DNA of 57,344 bases, from NCBI GenBank assembly GCA_036825755.1, contig DAISXR010000004.1, positions 1-57,344 on the forward strand. Reading direction: 5' to 3'. The position numbers and the translations under genes were made by a program. This DNA is from Anaerolineaceae bacterium (GTDB lineage: Bacteria; Chloroflexota; Anaerolineae; Anaerolineales; Anaerolineaceae). Below the pieces are notes generated by a model. That model did not search any database, was not told where the DNA came from, and worked only from the letters and a program-made list of their open reading frames with translations. The first letter of the stretch is position 1. Each line of letters opens with the position of its first letter. Positions 55,227-57,344 of the stretch are shown here, piece by piece.

Positions 55227-56231
55227 ATGAACATGACCAATCTATTAGAAGTACATAACCTGACCACCCAATTTGCCACTCATGAAGGTGTGGTTTGTGC
55301 AGTCAATGGTATTTCCTTTTCCGTTCAAGCCGGAGAGGTGGTGGGGGTGGTGGGGGAGAGCGGCTGCGGCAAGAGCGTCAGCATGCTTTCATTACTGGGT
55401 CTAATCCCCCAACCACCTGGACGGGTAGTGGCGGGGGAGGCAATATTTGCAGGAAGGGATTTGCTTCAGCTTTCTGAAAGCGAATTGGAAAAGGTGCGTG
55501 GGGCTGAGATCGCCATGATCTTCCAGGATCCTATGTCATCACTCAATCCAACTCTGACGATCGGGTATCAAATTAGCGAAGCACTCAAACTTCACCAGGG
55601 AATGGATAACCGTCAGGCGACAAAGCGGGCGTCCGAATTGCTTTCTCTGGTGGGTCTCCCTCGGCCAAACGAGAGTTTACATTGTTACCCGCATCAATTC
55701 TCCGGGGGGATGCGCCAACGAGCCATGATCGCCATGGCGCTGTCGTGTACACCGCGGTTGTTGATTGCTGATGAACCGACCACGGCTTTGGATGTGACCG
55801 TGCAGGCCCAGATTGTGGAACTGGTCAAGCGTCTGCAGAAAGATTTCGAGATGACGGTCATCTGGATCAGTCACGATCTGGGAGTGGTAGCCAGGTTGGT
55901 GGAGCGGGTAATGGTAATGTACGCCGGTTATGTGATTGAGGATGCATTGGTGGACGATCTGTATACTGCTCCGCGCCACCCCTATACACTGGGTTTGCTG
56001 GGTTCCCTTCCGAAGCGGAATCAAAAAGCGGGATCAGCATTGTTTTCCATCCCTGGCCAACCGCCAAACCTGATCGGATTGCGGACAGGATGCCCGTTTG
56101 CGCCGCGCTGCGGCTATGCCAGCGCACGTTGCTGCCAGGAAAATGCCTGTCTGCAGACTATTGCTCCGGAGCACCGGGTGGCTTGCTGGGAAGTAGAAAA
56201 AACGGAAGGAGCCTGGGGTGGTTTCAGATAA
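55227..56231 (+). CDS. Dpp/Opp-type ABC ATP-binding protein (DppD-like)
   Basis: [16 protein letters not shown] and [11 protein letters not shown] set the start at ATG 55227, one nt after the upstream stop; the track start at 55098 would overlap the permease. Confidence 0.9.
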   Translation: MNMTNLLEVHNLTTQFATHEGVVCAVNGISFSVQAGEVVGVVGESGCGKSVSMLSLLGLIPQPPGRVVAGEAIFAGRDLLQLSESELEKVRGAEIAMIFQDPMSSLNPTLTIGYQISEALKLHQGMDNRQATKRASELLSLVGLPRPNESLHCYPHQFSGGMRQRAMIAMALSCTPRLLIADEPTTALDVTVQAQIVELVKRLQKDFEMTVIWISHDLGVVARLVERVMVMYAGYVIEDALVDDLYTAPRHPYTLGLLGSLPKRNQKAGSALFSIPGQPPNLIGLRTGCPFAPRCGYASARCCQENACLQTIAPEHRVACWEVEKTEGAWGGFR

Positions 56232-57207
56232 ACAAGTGTTGTTGCAGGTTTGTGGATTGAAGAAATACTTTCCTGTTACCTCCGGTGTGCTGCGCCGGAA
56301 AGTGGCAGATATCAAAGCGGTGGATGGGGTGACCTTCGACGTTTTGAGAGGCGAAACTCTGGGGTTGGTTGGCGAAAGCGGTTGTGGCAAGACCACAGTA
56401 GGACGTACCATCCTGCAACTGTACCCTGCCACCGCCGGATCGGTGCGGTTGGACGGTGTCGAGCTGGGTGCTCTGGGGAGCCGTGAACTGCGGCACATGC
56501 GCAGCCGCATGCAGATGATCTTCCAGGATCCTTATGCTTCACTCAACCCCCGTATGACTGTGGGGAGCATCGTGGCAGCGCCATTCAAAATCAACCACAT
56601 CGGAAATGATAAGGAGATCCAGGAACGGGTGGAGGAATTATTCCTGTTGGTTGGGATGGATCCGAGCTTTGTCAACCGTTACCCGCATGAATTCTCGGGT
56701 GGCCAGCGTCAGCGGGTGGGAATCGCCCGGGCATTGGCTCTCAATCCCGAGTTGATCATTTGCGATGAGCCAATTGCCGCCCTAGACGTATCCATTCAAT
56801 CCCAGGTGATCAATCTGTTGGGTGAGCTGCAAAGCAGATTCTACTTGAGTTATCTGTTCATCGCCCACGATTTGCGCATGGTCCGGCACATCAGTGAACG
56901 GGTAGCGGCAATGTACCTGGGTAAGATTGTTGAGCTGACAGACCGTGATTCTCTATATACCAATCCGTTACATCCCTACACACAGGCATTGCTGTCGGCA
57001 GTACCCAGCCCTGAACCCAGTTATGAGCGGCAGCGCAAATTAATCCTTCTGGAGGGGGACTTACCCAATCCCGCCAACCCGCCTACAGGCTGCAATTTCA
57101 ATACACGTTGCCCTCTTGCGATTGAGATTTGTCAAACAATGGAGCCGATTTATCAGGAAGTGGAGACGGGGCATTGGGTAGCCTGTCATCGGGTAGAAAT
57201 GGGTTGA
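56218..57207 (+). CDS. Dpp/Opp-type ABC ATP-binding protein (DppF-like)
   Basis: [17 protein letters not shown] and [10 protein letters not shown]. The GTG start overlaps the upstream gene by 14 nt. Confidence 0.9.
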   Translation: MVSDKQVLLQVCGLKKYFPVTSGVLRRKVADIKAVDGVTFDVLRGETLGLVGESGCGKTTVGRTILQLYPATAGSVRLDGVELGALGSRELRHMRSRMQMIFQDPYASLNPRMTVGSIVAAPFKINHIGNDKEIQERVEELFLLVGMDPSFVNRYPHEFSGGQRQRVGIARALALNPELIICDEPIAALDVSIQSQVINLLGELQSRFYLSYLFIAHDLRMVRHISERVAAMYLGKIVELTDRDSLYTNPLHPYTQALLSAVPSPEPSYERQRKLILLEGDLPNPANPPTGCNFNTRCPLAIEICQTMEPIYQEVETGHWVACHRVEMG

Positions 57208-57344
57208 TCAATTGTAGCTGAATGCTTTTATGTAATCACTTGACAGATCGTTTACCCAAACCAAGGGATAATAATTTGAGTAATTGCGTGTAGCTAATAT
57301 CTATTGTAAAAATAACCAGGTTCTTCTATCGATGTTTGTCAGGT

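Overview
This is a 57.3-kb bacterial chromosomal window, mostly core genes on both strands, with three accessory-looking patches. The lipoprotein-type binding proteins and gene content would fit a monoderm anaerobe such as a Chloroflexi-like organism, but taxonomy cannot be established from this sequence alone.

(i) 1-2.7 kb: an Rhs-type toxin C-terminal tip with a small immunity-like ORF, decayed rhs repeat debris, and a translationally coupled DUF1257 / small ORF / DUF2997 trio preceded by an SD-sequestering hairpin. The patch ends at tRNA-Gly(CCC).

(ii) 2.9-24.9 kb, core genes: mreB-mreC-mreD-mrdA-rodA, a 17-bp palindromic tandem repeat, gltX plus tRNA-Gln(CUG), a GTPase-DUF697 fusion, a small Cys-rich hyperacidic protein, rel, a broken HAD gene, an Ldh_2 oxidoreductase, pfkA, an M20 amidohydrolase, prfB with its +1 frameshift, ftsY, rlmN, a HAD-IIA hydrolase, clpP and tig.

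(iii) 24.9-34.3 kb: a visibly AT-richer seven-gene operon (Opp/Dpp-type ABC transporter + ROK regulator + PIG-L deacetylase). It is bracketed by 32-bp direct repeats that look like the 3' end of a tRNA. No integrase is present.

(iv) 34.6-57.2 kb: a LAL/MalT-type regulator and three beta-lactamase-fold serine hydrolases, then a peptide-type ABC transporter whose binding protein is separated from its permeases and ATPases by nine catabolic genes (Kbl-like, SDR, alpha/beta hydrolase, Asp/Glu racemase, flavodoxin-like, FadN-like, thiolase, Thr aldolase).

I saw no CRISPR array, rRNA, transposase or integrase. The best candidates for something undescribed are the Rhs tip with an unassignable toxin domain, the adjacent DUF1257/DUF2997 trio, the tRNA-remnant-flanked island, and the LAL-controlled hydrolase / split-transporter catabolic locus. 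All functional calls rest on motifs read by eye; no database search was possible.
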